Positions 10,901 through 24,197 of a stretch of DNA of 49,779 nucleotides are shown piece after piece. The stretch lies in NCBI GenBank assembly GCA_021432655.1, contig MU271215.1, positions 64,481 to 114,259 of the forward strand, in the 5' to 3' direction. Numbering within the stretch: position 1 is the first letter of the stretch; each line of letters starts with the position of its first letter. The translations under genes and the position numbers were made by a program. The DNA is from Atractiella rhizophila (Eukaryota). The notes under the pieces were generated by a model that saw only the letters and a program-made list of their open reading frames with translations, did not search any database and was not told where the DNA came from.

Positions 10901-13686
10901 ACCCCATCTTCAAACAAATATTTGGACAACCTCTACCTTAATCTTTCATCCGTTCCAACAGTACCAATACCGGACGAGTGGTCAAATGCCTTTGGGGTCT
11001 CTGGTTCAGACGATGATGACAGCCCTTTAGGTCAGGCATACCTCTTTCCGACAGCCTTCTCAATGATTGTTTGCATTCCAACCATCAGCATCTCAAGTTT
11101 TTCGGTATCCATTACTGGGAATGAACCTTCATTCAACTTATCTGATCCCCTCGGAACCCGCGTTGGCAACATTGATGAGCAGCAGCTCAAATTCGCTCTC
11201 GTCGATGCGGTTTATGGATTGGGACTCTCAGCTCCAATTATAAACGAACTACCATTTACAGTTGCGGGTAGTAGTCCAAGAATTGGTACTCCTCTATCGA
11301 ACGCAGACCTTAGCAGCCGTGTCACTTCTGTTCAACAGGCAGTCATGGGTGGGTACTTTGTTGATTCTCCATTGGGTAATCTCGAAGTACCCAGTAAGAG
11401 ACAAAGCTTGGGACTTGTCTTTGCTGTACACGACGGCTTTCTTTGGGCAGTGACGGTTCTCTATCTCGCTCTTGCTCTCATCAGCACCTTTGTTCTCCGA
11501 ATTGGAAAAAAAGAGCGGAGACTGAAAAGTTTGGGGATCAACACCGTACTGGCGCTTTTTGAGGGGAGCAACAAGGCTACGACGAATGGGTGTTTGAGCG
11601 GGCGGGAACTTAAAGACGTGGTTGCGACTCAAGTCCCTTTTGGGAGCGAGAAGCTGGTGGCTGGTGAGGAAATGGTGGAGAAGAAGTTGAGAACAGCCAA
11701 CCTATATTTCACCGAGTCAGAGACAGTAGAAGTGGAAGTGGGACTTCAGTCGCCTCTTAGGAATTTGAAGAGAGAGGAAGTGAAGAGACAAGCTGTTAGC
11801 TATGCAGGGCTCCTCACTCCTATTCTCGGCACTGCCTTTTGCGCCTTCGCTGGATACGCTCATAATCAAACTTTGATCCTCAACATTGGGACAGATACAG
11901 GAAAGTTCGTACTGGCATCCACATTATTCACTCTCTTCGTTGGTATTATCCGAACACTGGCGCTTGGAGGGGTGCGTAGCGTAATTCGAGAAGTTAGATC
12001 GGAGGTCTGTCGTTTATTTATCGAGTCAAACTGGGCTGATATGAATGGAAGGAGTGGAGTCGTATCTGCAGTCGAGTATCTGATCCTTTGGATCCATCTG
12101 TGCAGCATACTCTTGAGAATGCCTCGACGAACATAACATCCTTCTTCAAACTACTTCAACTTACATGGTTGCACAGGCCTTACGAGCATATTTCAGGATA
12201 TTTCCGCATTGCCTTCATCTCGTTTCTCATTGTCTCTATTGCATCTATCATTTCTCAAGGAGTCATCCAGCTTCAGCTTACACATGTCGCTCTAAATCAA
12301 CCGTATCAGACATCTATTGTTTCTCTCCCACAAGATTCTCTCTGGATTGATTCAGACTCCCCTGGCATTGATGAAGGCGATGGATTAGACGGCTTTAATT
12401 GGCCCGATGGTCAAGACTTGGACGGTATTCTGGACGGTCTTGGCCTTGGTGGGCACGTCAATCCTGGCAGTGAGCCATCAATGCACAGACTGCTTCTCCG
12501 CCGCGACGCACTGGATTCTCTGGATCCAACGTTAAACGGTCTGAAGGACCTTCTATTTTCAGCATCGATCTTGAACAGTTTCGCTTATCTCGAGCAGGTA
12601 AAATCTGTGACTGTTGGTCTACGTTACCCTTACCGAGACGCTGCTGAGGGCTACTTTCTTCTTCAACCACAAGACACGCTCGTCGGTAACACTTTGGGTA
12701 GAGATGCTTCTGTCAAATTTCGAACTGATATTGGACGATGGACCAGTCGGTGCGAGATAGTTGAGGCTCAGATTGAGAGCTACACCGACTGGTCAAATAG
12801 AAATTCCAACAACTCTGTGCTTGGCACTTCGATCTCCACCATCGAACCCAATATACGGATCCCGAGTAAAGGGCTGAATGGAACAACTGAAGCTCCTTGC
12901 GGTGCTGGGTTTATTAAGTTGGTTGATACCGGCACAATCACGAGAGGCGGTGTTGGAGGAGCACCTTTGGGAGCTTTTGTCTGGGCAGTCGGAGGGGGTG
13001 ACGAAGAGAATCTGATAGACCTATCGAGAGTGCAGTCAAGCAGCATCCAAGACGACTGGCAACAGTTCTGCGAAAGCAACCCGGATTATCTGGCTTCGTC
13101 TTCCAGACTTGTAGGCCTATACTGTGAGCCGACGATCGAAATTCTTTATGGCTCATACGCGACAATCTACAATGGATCCGTCACCTTTGATCTACGGAAC
13201 GATACCACGAATCCTGTTGGAAATCTTGTTTCATCCCAATTGGCTTATCTTCTATCTATTGTCGGTTTGAATTTGCCTTACCCGACTATCACAGCGAGGT
13301 ACTCACCCAAGGATATCTGGACTGACTCGCTTGCTGGTCACATCTCTCTGGGACGCTCCCCTAGCGGGAATTCTAGTGTTCTGAGACCTATGAGTGACAT
13401 CGAAAAGTCACTAAACCAGTTTTCAACTTCTTTATTGAAGAGCTACCAACCCTACTTCAAAACTTCAACCAATACGAGCGCATATCCGGTCGTCGAGAGA
13501 TATGCGGTCCAAACATCCTACCCTCAATTCATCATCACAGCCATTCTCTTCAGCCTTCTCTCGCTCGCAATCTTCATCTTTCAGTGTCGAACCCGAATGC
13601 GCAAGTTCACCGTGTCAGGTATTCTTGCTGCTGGAGCGACGGATCTCAGAGGTTGGACATCGGAGAAGAGGCACGAGCTTGATTGA
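7952..13686 (+). CDS. Uncharacterised multi-pass membrane protein with two internal modules; interrupted by a duplication/insertion at 8694-10426
   Basis: Starts at ATG 7952 (MAPARSSSP...). Hydrophobic helices, introns at ~8459-8511, 8585-8635, ~10760-10808 and ~12005-12051, and long ORFs 10814-12136 and 12088-13686 with N-x-S/T-rich luminal segments and terminal TM helices. Confidence 0.7.
8219..8693. repeat. 475-bp direct repeat, copy X
   Basis: Matches 9952-10426 (offset 1733); one mismatch seen (8649 A vs 10382 G). Confidence 0.97.
8695..9951. repeat. Diverged copy P2 of the upstream region, lying between the X repeats
   Basis: Homologous to P1. Lacks ~6798-7330 and has a unique stretch at ~9081-9220. 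Confidence 0.9.
9952..10426. repeat. 475-bp direct repeat, copy X'
   Basis: Matches 8219-8693. Confidence 0.97.
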
Positions 13687-14860
13687 GCATTTCTGTCGTG
13701 ACGATAAGCGAAGAGATTCTGGAATTGTAACTTGAGTTTTGGCTCTGTGATTTCTTACTCCATGCCGGTCTATTTTTTTTTGTTAGGAGTGCTGGAAGCA
13801 CGCAAAAAATAATGAATCTCTATTAGACGTTTACACTCTAGCAGGAACTTTGAAAGCTCAACAAGGTACGGGCGGCCTAGGCTGTACCAAACAAATTTGT
13901 CCACGACGCATATCTTTAACTCAACGTCGGTGCTTCAGTGCAGAGCATGACGAAGCAACTCAGCCTCTCCATCTTTAAGATTGAGAATCCCAGTTGGACT
14001 ATACAACGATCGCTGAATCTTGCCCAGGATGATGCTAAGTTGTATCATGACAGTATTGACCACAACAAGCGTGTTACTATTGCAGGAGCTGCTCTATCAG
14101 GTTTGTGCAACGATCGCAAGCTGATGCCTTATTTCTTGCCCTTGTTCTTCCTCAGAAGACACAAGTACTCGCTTGTTTTTGATGAATGTTTCGCTGTAAT
14201 CCAATACCCTTGTCCAAGTTGCACTCTTCTTCCGTCTCAGAGCACGCTCAGCACGCACAGATTAGCGGTTGCTTCTGGAATAGTCGAACACTTCTATCGC
14301 GCACATCCGTTCAGACACAGACCCTTCCATCAGGAATCTGCGCATAAATCTGCTCCCAAAAACGGCAAGCGAGGGTTGTTGAACAGCAACTGCAAGATGG
14401 AGCTGAGATTTGGTGGTTAGAGCAGCGTTAACGTCGGCCGAATATTTACTTCCGTTTCTTTGTCCCACAGCGACATCCAAGTGTGCAGCAAAAATCAATT
14501 GGCCTTACTTACTCATTCTACTCGTCACAGCGGGAAAGCTGGAGGTTGAGCAGGACTGGGCGGTTGTATGTGTAAGAGCTAACAGGTCGAGTAAGTGGCT
14601 CATCGCATGGTCGTCGGTGTAGCGTCGTCGGGAGGTTGCTCAGGGCTGAGAGATAAAAGCGGAGAGCCAATGGGGATCTGGATCGATCCATTTCAGTCGC
14701 CATTGAGGCGATCTCAGAGCTTTGGAGTGAGATTGAATGACGGTGTCTATTCATTTCCGCTCTTTATCATTCCCCATCCTCTATTGCCAACTTCCTCCGC
14801 TTTGCATCCACCTGGCCGCCATCCATCCTTCATCAACAAATCAAAGCCTAGACTGACACG

Positions 14861-17800
14861 ATGGCACGCAGATCGTCCTCGCGCGATTCCCTCGACTCAA
14901 TCATCGAGAAACTGTCCAATTCTCCCTCAGCCCAACCCCCGAAATACGTCCTCCCCCCTCCAAGGTATTCGGTCATGTCCAAAAGCGGGCTGACCCGCAA
15001 CAAATCCACATCCTCCATTCCCTCCACTTCCTCCATCTCCTCCTCCACCCACGAATCTACGTCCGCTTCAGCGTCGGCCTCCAAGCGGGTGGCGAGAGCA
15101 CCGAGAGTGCAAAGGACTTACGGTCCTCCGTCGACGAAGGTTCTGGTGGATTCGGAGGAAGAAGTGGTGGATGGGATCGGAAAGAGGGAGAGGAGGAGAA
15201 GTAATGGGAAAGGGAAGGAGAGGGAAAGGGATCGGTCACAGGTGCGAGAGGAGGATGGGGACGAGGAGCGTGTGACAGAGTGGAGCGAGAACATGTGGCT
15301 TTGGGAGAGAGAGCCTTTTGCATCTGGTTCGGCCGGTGGAGGAGGAGGAGGGAACAAGAACTTGATCAAGGACGTTCCGGCAGCGGTCAGGAGAAAGATC
15401 GGAAAGCGGGAAAGTTCCCAACTGCTATCTGGGGCAGAGCTTATGGCCGGGAATGGGACAGGAAGTGTTTCCGGGGGGGAGAGGATGTTGAGGGAAAAGA
15501 CCTCTAAATCAAACATGTATGGCCCTGGTGCCAACTTTTTAGGACCGTCGCAGAGCGGTTGTACTGGGACCAGAGGAGAGGGTGTTTGGACCCCGGTCGT
15601 GGTAACTGTTAGGGAGAATGGTACCATGCTGATTTACTCCGAGGTACGCTGTCTCCTCTTTCGCTGAGGGAAGACAGATAGTAACATGGATGATATTTGA
15701 AGGCCAATATCCTCAAATATAGGCTACATCTTACGACTTATTCCCGCACCGACATTCGTCAGGTCGATGTCTCGCTCTTCCAGAAACCACATGTCGTCTC
15801 CCTCCACCGCGCAGGTCTCTCTTCCCGTCCCTCCACTTCCTCCAACCATCCTACCACCCAGGAGGTTTTGTCCACCTACGCCGCCTCTACCACCTCCGCC
15901 CCACCCATGTCTTCCTCACTCTCCACACAGGATCGCGACCCCATATCCCTGTCCTTCCTCCCGGATGCCGAAGAGTCCCTCTTTTTTCTCCTTCCCAATC
16001 GACAGGCGTATGAACGTGCCTTCGCCATCTTTAGTGCCCACTCCAAACCAGAAATTTACCCTTATTTGCCCCATAGAGAGGGGATGTTCGTCTACGATCC
16101 ACCAACCAAGTGGGAGGGTCTGAAGACCAAGCTCTCCCGGGATACGAAGCAGCAATGTCGGATGTGGAGGAGCGTGGAACTCTCAATCAACGAAGGTCGT
16201 TCTTTAGGTCTCAAGTACTCAACGAACGATTCCAACACCGTCCTTGAAGGCATATTGGGCTCGAGCCGCCTCTATTTTGCCCGTCCGACAAGCCCCGCTT
16301 CTCCTTCTTCTGTGAGCGTGAGCTTGAAGGAGGACGGTCTGTCTTTTATTCCTCAGAGCACGAAGAGGAAGGAGGAGAAAGAATCGGATGGCCTCTTTCA
16401 AAGCCAACCTAGCTTTTTCACCCAGATCCTCGTCGATGGTGAAGTTGCAGCAAGGACCTTACCCGCAAAAGGAAGTGGAGCGGCGTGGAATGCACACTTC
16501 GTGTTCAGGTGCGTCATTTGCTACTCCATCTAGGCGTTTTGCAAACGAAATCTGATGATGGCTGATAAAGCAACCTCGGTCCCTATTCCAAACCAATCAT
16601 CGTTGAGGTCTACCAACAACGTGGCGGGAAGACAACGCATCTTGGTAACGTGGCCCTCGACCTCTCCATCTTTCCCAATGGTCAGAAGACGGAGGAGTGG
16701 TATGGTATCGTTGGCGGTGGAGGACGAGAGCTGATCGGAGAGCTCAATCTCGGTGTGAAGACTGTCGAACAACCGGTACTCGTGAAGGGAGAATATGGGG
16801 AACTGGCCGATGTGCGTCTTTCTTATTCTTAGATTCTCCCAGACAATATCCTGACAATCCATGATTGGATAGTTGTTATTGGAGGATGAGGAGCTCCAAG
16901 TGGCGAGAGAGGTTGCTTCCGAAATCTTAGAGGTCGGTCAATACGCCGGAATCATGCTACGCATCTTCGACGCGTCCGATCAAGCCGTGCAGCGTATCGT
17001 GCAAATGGCACGCGTCGAAATCTCCACTTTCTCAGCGAACCCGACGACGCTCTTCAGGGGAAATACGCTCTTCACCAAACTCGTGGAAGCTTTCATGAGA
17101 TGGCGAGGAATGGACTACGTGGACAAAGCTGTCGGCGGAGTGGTGCGCAAAATATGTGCAGAGAAGGTCGTCCTTGAGATCGATCCGTCCAAGTGCAAGA
17201 ATGAGAAGGAGGTGAAGGAGAATGTTAAGGAGCTCAAAAAGTGGAGCGAAGCTTGCTGGAGGAGTATATACGATTCGAGATCCGCTTGCCCTGCGTACGT
17301 CGCCCTTCCTTCTTCAGGCTCTGGTGAGTATACTGAGGCGGAAGACAGAGAGCTGCGATCCGTGTTTTATCACATTCAACAACTCGTTCGTGACCATTTC
17401 AAGAAAGACCAAGATGCCATGCGCTTCACTTCAATATCCGCATTCGTGTTCCTCCGCTTCTTCGTACCTGCCATCCTCTATCCCAAGCTCTGGGGAGTTG
17501 TACCCAGACAGCCCGGAGAAGGCTGTCGCCGAACACTCACACTCATTGGCAAGACACTACAGGGTCTAGCGAACATGTCAACCTCATTCCAGGAACCTGG
17601 AATGAAAAACATGTCGGACTTCTTGGCTGAAAATCAATCCGCATTCATCGATTTCATCGCCGGCATCTCGACAGAAACAGATTCTGGGACGAAGACTCGG
17701 CAAGACTGGAAGGCAGCAAGACAGTTTCGTTCTGATCTCAGTGGTTTAGCAAAAGACAGTGTACCGACAGTTCCACACCTCAATGACCTGTCGAAAGACT

Positions 17801-18507
17801 TTGCTCTCCTTGCCAGCTGCGTGATCAGGAACGTCCCTCGCCAATCCCCCACTTCCGGGGCCAGAGAACGCTCGCTGAAATCGTCCCAGTTCATCAAGAC
17901 TTGCTTCGAGGTTCACGATCGTGCAGCTGCCATGGCCATCTCGTACAATCTGCTTCAACCCATCACTGTTGTCCTACCGCGCCGTTCCCCCCATCGTACC
18001 TCCGGTTCTCCTCAATCCCAACGCCCACGAATTGCGACAGACGTCTCTTCTTCCGGCTCCAACTTTGCCTATCGAATGGGTATGAGCCCAGACACAGACA
18101 CTGTCACTCCTCCCGGGTCTCCCAAGGCCTTGACATATCTAATACCGTCGTCATTGGGCACGTCTCCCTCCTCCACTTCTATTTCTAAGCGCACGAGACG
18201 GTCATACACCGTCACAAATCTCCAGCCTTCCCATTCATCTCCTCCTCGGCGTTCCATTTCTTCCGAACGCCTCGCCATCCTCGCCTCTGACCGGAACCCA
18301 TCCAAAGTCGCTCGTGATGCCCAAGTCCAAGGCCCAGCGTACCCGGAGGCATTCCATGAGGTCCTCAATGACAAGTCTCTCGTTACGGAAGCGGAAGACG
18401 AGCGTGCGAGCCGTCGAGAAAGCGCACCTGTCCTGATTGATGAAGAGTGGTCCCAGAAGAAAAGGGGGCTGCTACAAATGCTCAGGAAGAACTCGAGGGC
18501 AGGATGA
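14861..18507 (+). CDS. Ras GTPase-activating protein with C2 domain (Bud2/Gap1-like)
   Basis: RasGAP motifs TLFRGNTLFTK (Arg finger), SAFVFLRFFVPAILYPKLWG and RTLTLIGKTLQGLAN. Upstream C2-like segment (ILVDGEVAARTLP...W...F.F). Introns near 15644, 16509, 16813 and 17295. Confidence 0.9.
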
Positions 18508-19246
18508 AGTGTATTTTTCATAGTAGTGTGGAAAATATGTGCGAGTAGGTGTGAAACCGTTTGTTGCCCTTTAATTTCAGGTTGAGGATTTCCTCCTCTT
18601 TCTCATTTCCTTCTTCGAAGCAGTACAAAAGATCCAGCAACAATTGTACGCCTAGACCCAGACGCAATCATCGCTTGGAGTTTTCTTCTCATTCTATGTC
18701 TACTCCATGGTCTTGCATCTCTCTTCATCATCATATCATATGCCCAGTTGTAATCTTTATTTCATTTCATTTCAAGTCATTTTGGATTGGTACACAGTTT
18801 ACGAACGAAGTCCACCTCTTCCACCTCATCCAGTAATGTGCTCCTTCTATCATCGACGTTTCTCAGTTTTTCTTTCCTTCGCATTTGTGTTCTTCGATCT
18901 AATTAGAGTAACACATATAATCATGTAGCCTTCGGTCATTGGAAAAATACCTATGAAACAATGCATCATGCCCTAATTGTCGAATGCTGAACGATGAACA
19001 GCGATTACTCCTCTACACTCGCGTGACTACTTCGGGGCCGTCCCCTTACCAACCTTACATTGTAGCTTGGGTCAGCCTCGAGGCACAACAAAAAGTGCTT
19101 CTCCTTGCTGCTCTGTCCCACTGCTCCTTCCAGACCAAAGGGCCCATCAAAAACGCATTTCCAACTTAGCGGTTAGGTCAAATCCCCAGAGATATTGCGG
19201 CCCCCTTGCATATTCCGCGCCCGTCAACAACGAGAATACCAGAGTA

Positions 19247-22200
19247 ATGGATAGGGAGGACTCCACAGAATACGCTGCGATCGATCCTGCTATTGCTGCT
19301 GAGGGAAGAGAGGATGGGGATGACGGAGAAAGAGCATTACATCTGCAGGCTCCAAGTTTGCATAGAAATCAAGCTTGTCTACCGTGAGCCTTCCTCTTTC
19401 TCGCTTTTCATTATGTTTATGGGGTCTGCGTGCAGCTGCCGAGCGAGAAAGATTAGGTGTGTATCTTCCGATCTTCCTTATTGTATCACCTAAGTAGCTG
19501 AGCTCGTTCAAGGTGCGATGCTGGCAAACCAATTTGGTGAGGTCCTTCCAATCTCCCAATTCAACTTGCCTGCTCATGGAGGCATAACAGCGGTCAGTGC
19601 GCGAATCCACGACGCAAGAAAGTACGGGGCGGGAAAACGACAGAGCTCGAGCTCCCGCGTTGCATCTATGGACCAAATCCGACTGCTGAACAGATTTCTC
19701 AAGATCCCTCACTTCCATATATTCCTTCAAAGCGAAAGCGAGTCCCCTTAGAAGCCGTAGAAGAGAAGGACAAGGAGATCAATGAGTTGAAGGAGAAAAT
19801 CAAGTCTCTCGAGCGTGCAATTGAGGGGAATGCTGGAGTTTGGGCTCCTTACGAAGGACCTCCCGGTGGTAAGAGGAGGGTCACAGAGGAAGATCCATTC
19901 CAGCTAGACCCGAACCATGCCAGTCCCTATCCTGGTACTACTTTCGCTAGAAGGGTAGCAGCTGCATCCTCGAATTCTATGTCGACTGGTGTTGACGATC
20001 CAGGAACGTTGCCAATTCCCTCACCAAGGTCATGCCGAGAACCAGACACCGGAAACCAGCTGTACTCTCTGCTGTATCCAGGATATCCTCAGTCACTTCC
20101 TCATATCACTGTTGTTCAAAGTCTCGCCCGACTGTTCTTCTCCCAGTTCCCAACCCTCACCAGCGAGCTTATTTCCGGCGCTCGATTCCTCTTCAAACTC
20201 ACTCTCCCTCCTTCGAGCGAAGACTTCCCTCACGAAGCTCTCATCCATGCGATCTGTGCTATGGGATACCTCCGCGTCGGAATGATCAATGGGGCTACAC
20301 CTGGAGGCAAGATTAGCGACGACATCTTCTACCCCAAAAAAGAAGATGGAACCGTTGATAGATCGCGAAAATATTGGGGGAAAGCGGAGAGCCCGGGAGA
20401 GTATCATTACACAGAAGCGAAGCGGTGTAGCTTTATGGGTCTTTGCATCCATGAGGGAGAAGGGGGCGATGGGAAGCTCAAAATCTTTGAGGTGACGAGG
20501 AGTTTGGTCCTGATCACATATTACGCTTACAGCCAAGTACTTTTTTGTTCCTCTAATTCCCTTATCTCACAATCATAATAGAATCGCCAGCTTGAAGCTT
20601 GGACCTTTGCTGGCGCGGCCCTTCGTCTATGGTTGAGTGGCCTTCTTTCCTTTGACTGTGGCCCTAATAGGTACATAAAGTGTCGCCTTGGGTCTTAACC
20701 ATATTCGAGATCGTCGATCTCCTGACGCGATGGATCGAATCAACATGCTTGGACCAGGTCGTACGGGTCTGCTACCACCTGCTCAACGTGATGAAGAAAA
20801 CTACGAGCGGTGCGCGTGGGTTCCCTGACGTTAAAGCTTTTCTGAGTGGTAAACAGCGCAATGACCTTCTGGCTTGCCTTCCTCACAGATCGCTTCGCAG
20901 GAGCCTCGACCGGATGGGCGTTCCAGATTCAGCTCTCCGACATTTCTAGCTTTCTTCCTTTACCTCCGGCAGCCAATGCTCTTGATTACGAAGGAATAAG
21001 GCGGGCCTTGGATATGCATCATCCTGACTTTCTCTCCCATCATCCAGAGGAGCTTGTTCAACCTTTCCAACTCCAAATGAAGGCGTGCATTCTACTTAGT
21101 CGTGCGTATTCAGTTACGAAATCTGTCGAATAATCATGAATGATTCAGGCGTCGTTTCTTTTATGCAGCGTACGCATTCTCATACTGTTAGTCAGTGAGA
21201 TTGAGTTGTTGTCTAGATGCTCCATGGCGAGAAGAACTCTGTCACGGAATCGAAGTGCGAAGCAGCGAAGGGTTTAAACAACTCGACCGCGAAGTTGTCA
21301 ATTTTCGACTTTCTTTCCCGAAGACTTTGTCAATCCCTGACAAGGTCGGAGTAGATAACATTGGACTGTACCTTGCTCGTGCGCATTCCTTCTAGCTACT
21401 TCGCGGCAGTGTCCCTCAATGTTCTTCATACAGATGCGCTTTCCCACTGCTGCACAATTTTGCTTCATAGTCCATATGGATCACTCAACCCAGAGGACAC
21501 TTCAATGAACCGGTATGATGACGCGTCGAGTTTTCAACATGTATTAAGTATGTGCACCCAGATGCATGACTTGCGCGAGAGCAATTCTGTCGACATTGTT
21601 TCTTATTCATGACAACTCGATGGAGAGCACATTCGCCAATCCCTTCCTCATATTCGCCATCACAACTGCTGGACGTCCGTCGAATCTTCACTTTCATCTC
21701 TGAGGAGACCTAACTCAAGCGAAACACAGGCATGTTGGTTCGAGATGTCGCCGTTAAGCGCCACTTAAACGACCTCCTCAACGCAGCGAACTCTGAAACG
21801 GAAGTGCAAGTTCTAATCGCGACACTGAGTCGAATGGGACACAATCTACCCGTTTGCGGTACGTTTTCTGTTAGCTGCGCTGGAATCGTGCTCATTTCAG
21901 ACACTGACAGCACAAACTGCAAAAACCTTTCGTAGCCTTCTCCAAGATCCCTCGCCTATTTTGCGCTCGGTGGCTGGGATCCGGACTTCCACTGAAGTGG
22001 CTGATGTTTGTCCTTTGAAATCAGCAGATACACTACCTGGTCTTAATCTCGGTGACCGTCTCGCTAATGCAAGAAGAAATGGACAAGAAGGAGCCGGGTG
22101 GACTGGTGTTGGGTTTGATGATTTACAGAACATGGGACTAGTGGGGACATTTGGTACTCCAATGAATGTGCCTGGGTTTCAAACTGTTCAAGAAAGATAG
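19247..22200 (+). CDS. Zn(II)2Cys6 fungal transcription factor with fungal-specific TF middle domain
   Basis: Spliced N-terminus LHRNQACLPCRARKIRCDAGKPICGQC-x20-C, followed by a coiled coil, then FPHEALIHAICA, TFWLAFLTDRFAGASTGW and LQMKACILLS. Many short introns. Confidence 0.88.
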
Positions 22201-22299
22201 GGAGTATATTGATTGTGTGGGATATGTCCTCTGTATTCATAGTTTGTGCAGTGCATTGATTGAAAGGATGTAAAGGGAACAAAACATAAACGGATTGAA

Positions 22300-24100
22300 C
22301 TGCTCAGGAAATGTACCAACACAAGGTCCACTAATTGTGAGATGTATGCAGGATATCGTCAAATGGCATTACTTTCCACCCCTCTCGCTGTGCACCTTTC
22401 ATTGCTGCCACCCATGCACCATGGCGCACAAGCTTTTGTTGAACTTCGACTTGCGTAGCTCGTATTTGTGGATCAGTTGTGCGGTAAGATCCTTTGAGAG
22501 GATTTGGAGTATTGAGAGGTTGCCAAAAGTTGGAATTCTTGTTTCGCTGAGCTGATCTTGGTCGCTTAAATGAGTTGAGAAGTAAAGTGTCAGGGTGTCC
22601 TCATTGTTGAGATTGTGATGTTGTAGACCATCATCTCTGGCAGAAGTTGAACCATTGGAGTCAGGAGTCTCCAAGACTGCCTCTGTGGAGATGATATGGC
22701 GATGTTGCCTTTTGGATTTTGATGGAGTGATTGGCATATCAACAACAAAATCTGGACGGATTCGGGAGGGTAGTGGAGAGGGTACTGGTGGATTTTGTGA
22801 AAAGAGCTTGGGAAGCTCATCATCTGATTCATCTGCATCCTCCTCTTCATCCTCGGTCGCATCATCTTGAAAGTATTGGTGGTCTGGCCGCCGTTAGAAG
22901 AGTCATGCTAACAAAACATAAGCTGCCAGCATGACTTGAGTGTAAAAGCATACCAAACTTTCTTTCTCTGAAACTGTGCTACCAGCTACTTTACTCTCTG
23001 CTGAGTATTTGAGTATTGTGGTGCCAAGAGCAGAGGGAATAAATTCATGAATAGGTGGTTGTGGTGATTTTTCAGGGGTAAAAGGGGGTATGTTGCCGGA
23101 TGTCCATTTCTGTACCGTGGGAAATGGAAGAGCGGTCTGAAAGTTACTGAATTCCGATATATGCTCCATGATTGCCCATAGAACTAAATATTGATAGCAT
23201 CACAAAATCAGCAGGGAAATGCAGGTTTGCTGTGTAAATTGAGTATAGTTCATAACATTGACACTGAGCTTATTAGAGAACCTAATCTTAAAAAATTGAA
23301 ATCAATTGGAGCCACAATTTGTCATAATAATATATTTATAATCAATACTGTCACCATTAATTGTAATACTGTAACACTATCTACTTCTTCTCTTTTTAGA
23401 TAAGGGTAGATCTGTAAAGTTATGGTTTAACCTTGATATGGTTTGATAGTCAATTCTACAGCACCACCATTGCAATCACACAGAAGCAAAGAGGTATTGT
23501 CATTTGCTATACCTTATTCATGAGAAGATGAACATACTAATTTACTAGTTCAAGAAGAAAAGCAACAGTGACACATTTTTAGACAATCATTCATTAAGAG
23601 AACCAATCCGAAAGAAGGTTCAATATTATAATTATCAGAGTAGTGCCATCTGATAAGTATAATAACCGGATAATTTTCTGGTAAGAGTTATAACAAGAGT
23701 GAAACAAGTAAAATATCATATAACTATTATTAGATGTAGCTAGAGCCTCATATCGTTGTGTTATTAATTCACCATAGAAGAGATAGAAGAGTAGAATGTT
23801 TGCATACGTTTTATAAACTGATGATGTGGATTATACCAAAATAACCTTTTACAGGAGCATTTCCTTTGGTTTACTTAATCAGGTACAAAGTAAAAATAAT
23901 GTAGCCTGCATCTCAGGTACCAAGTTAAAATATTACAGTAGGGACTGGTGTTTCCAGTTCCCTTGTTGATTAGGAAATTGTAAACATCACATCATGCAGT
24001 GGCCCTATCATATATTAAGTTCTTTATTTCCTAACATTAGAAAGCAAGATGGGTAGAAGAAAAATTAGAACATTATCATGTCATAAGTTGATAGGAAACC
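22300..24100 (-). pseudogene. Decayed gene or transposon-like relic, CpG-poor and increasingly AT-rich
   Basis: A collinear minus-strand frame from 23169 to ~22350 is broken by stops (…VMLAAYVLLA*LF*RRPDHQYFQDDATEDEEE…RPDFVVDMP…LTAQLIHKY…GWQQ*). 23170-24100 is strongly AT-rich with few CG dinucleotides. Boundaries are approximate. Confidence 0.55.
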
Positions 24101-24125
24101 AAAACCTCTGTCACTCACCAGTGCA

Positions 24126-24197
24126 GTTCCTGCTCCACAGCACAGCGCGATGGCGGTCAAATTCGCTCGTGGAGCAGGAACACAACCCTAACCCTAA
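24126..24197 (+). other. Perfect 13-bp inverted repeat followed by telomere-like AACCCTAACCCTAA
   Basis: GTTCCTGCTCCAC (24126-24138) / GTGGAGCAGGAAC (24169-24181), then AC-AACCCTAACCCTAA (24184-24197). Confidence 0.9.
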
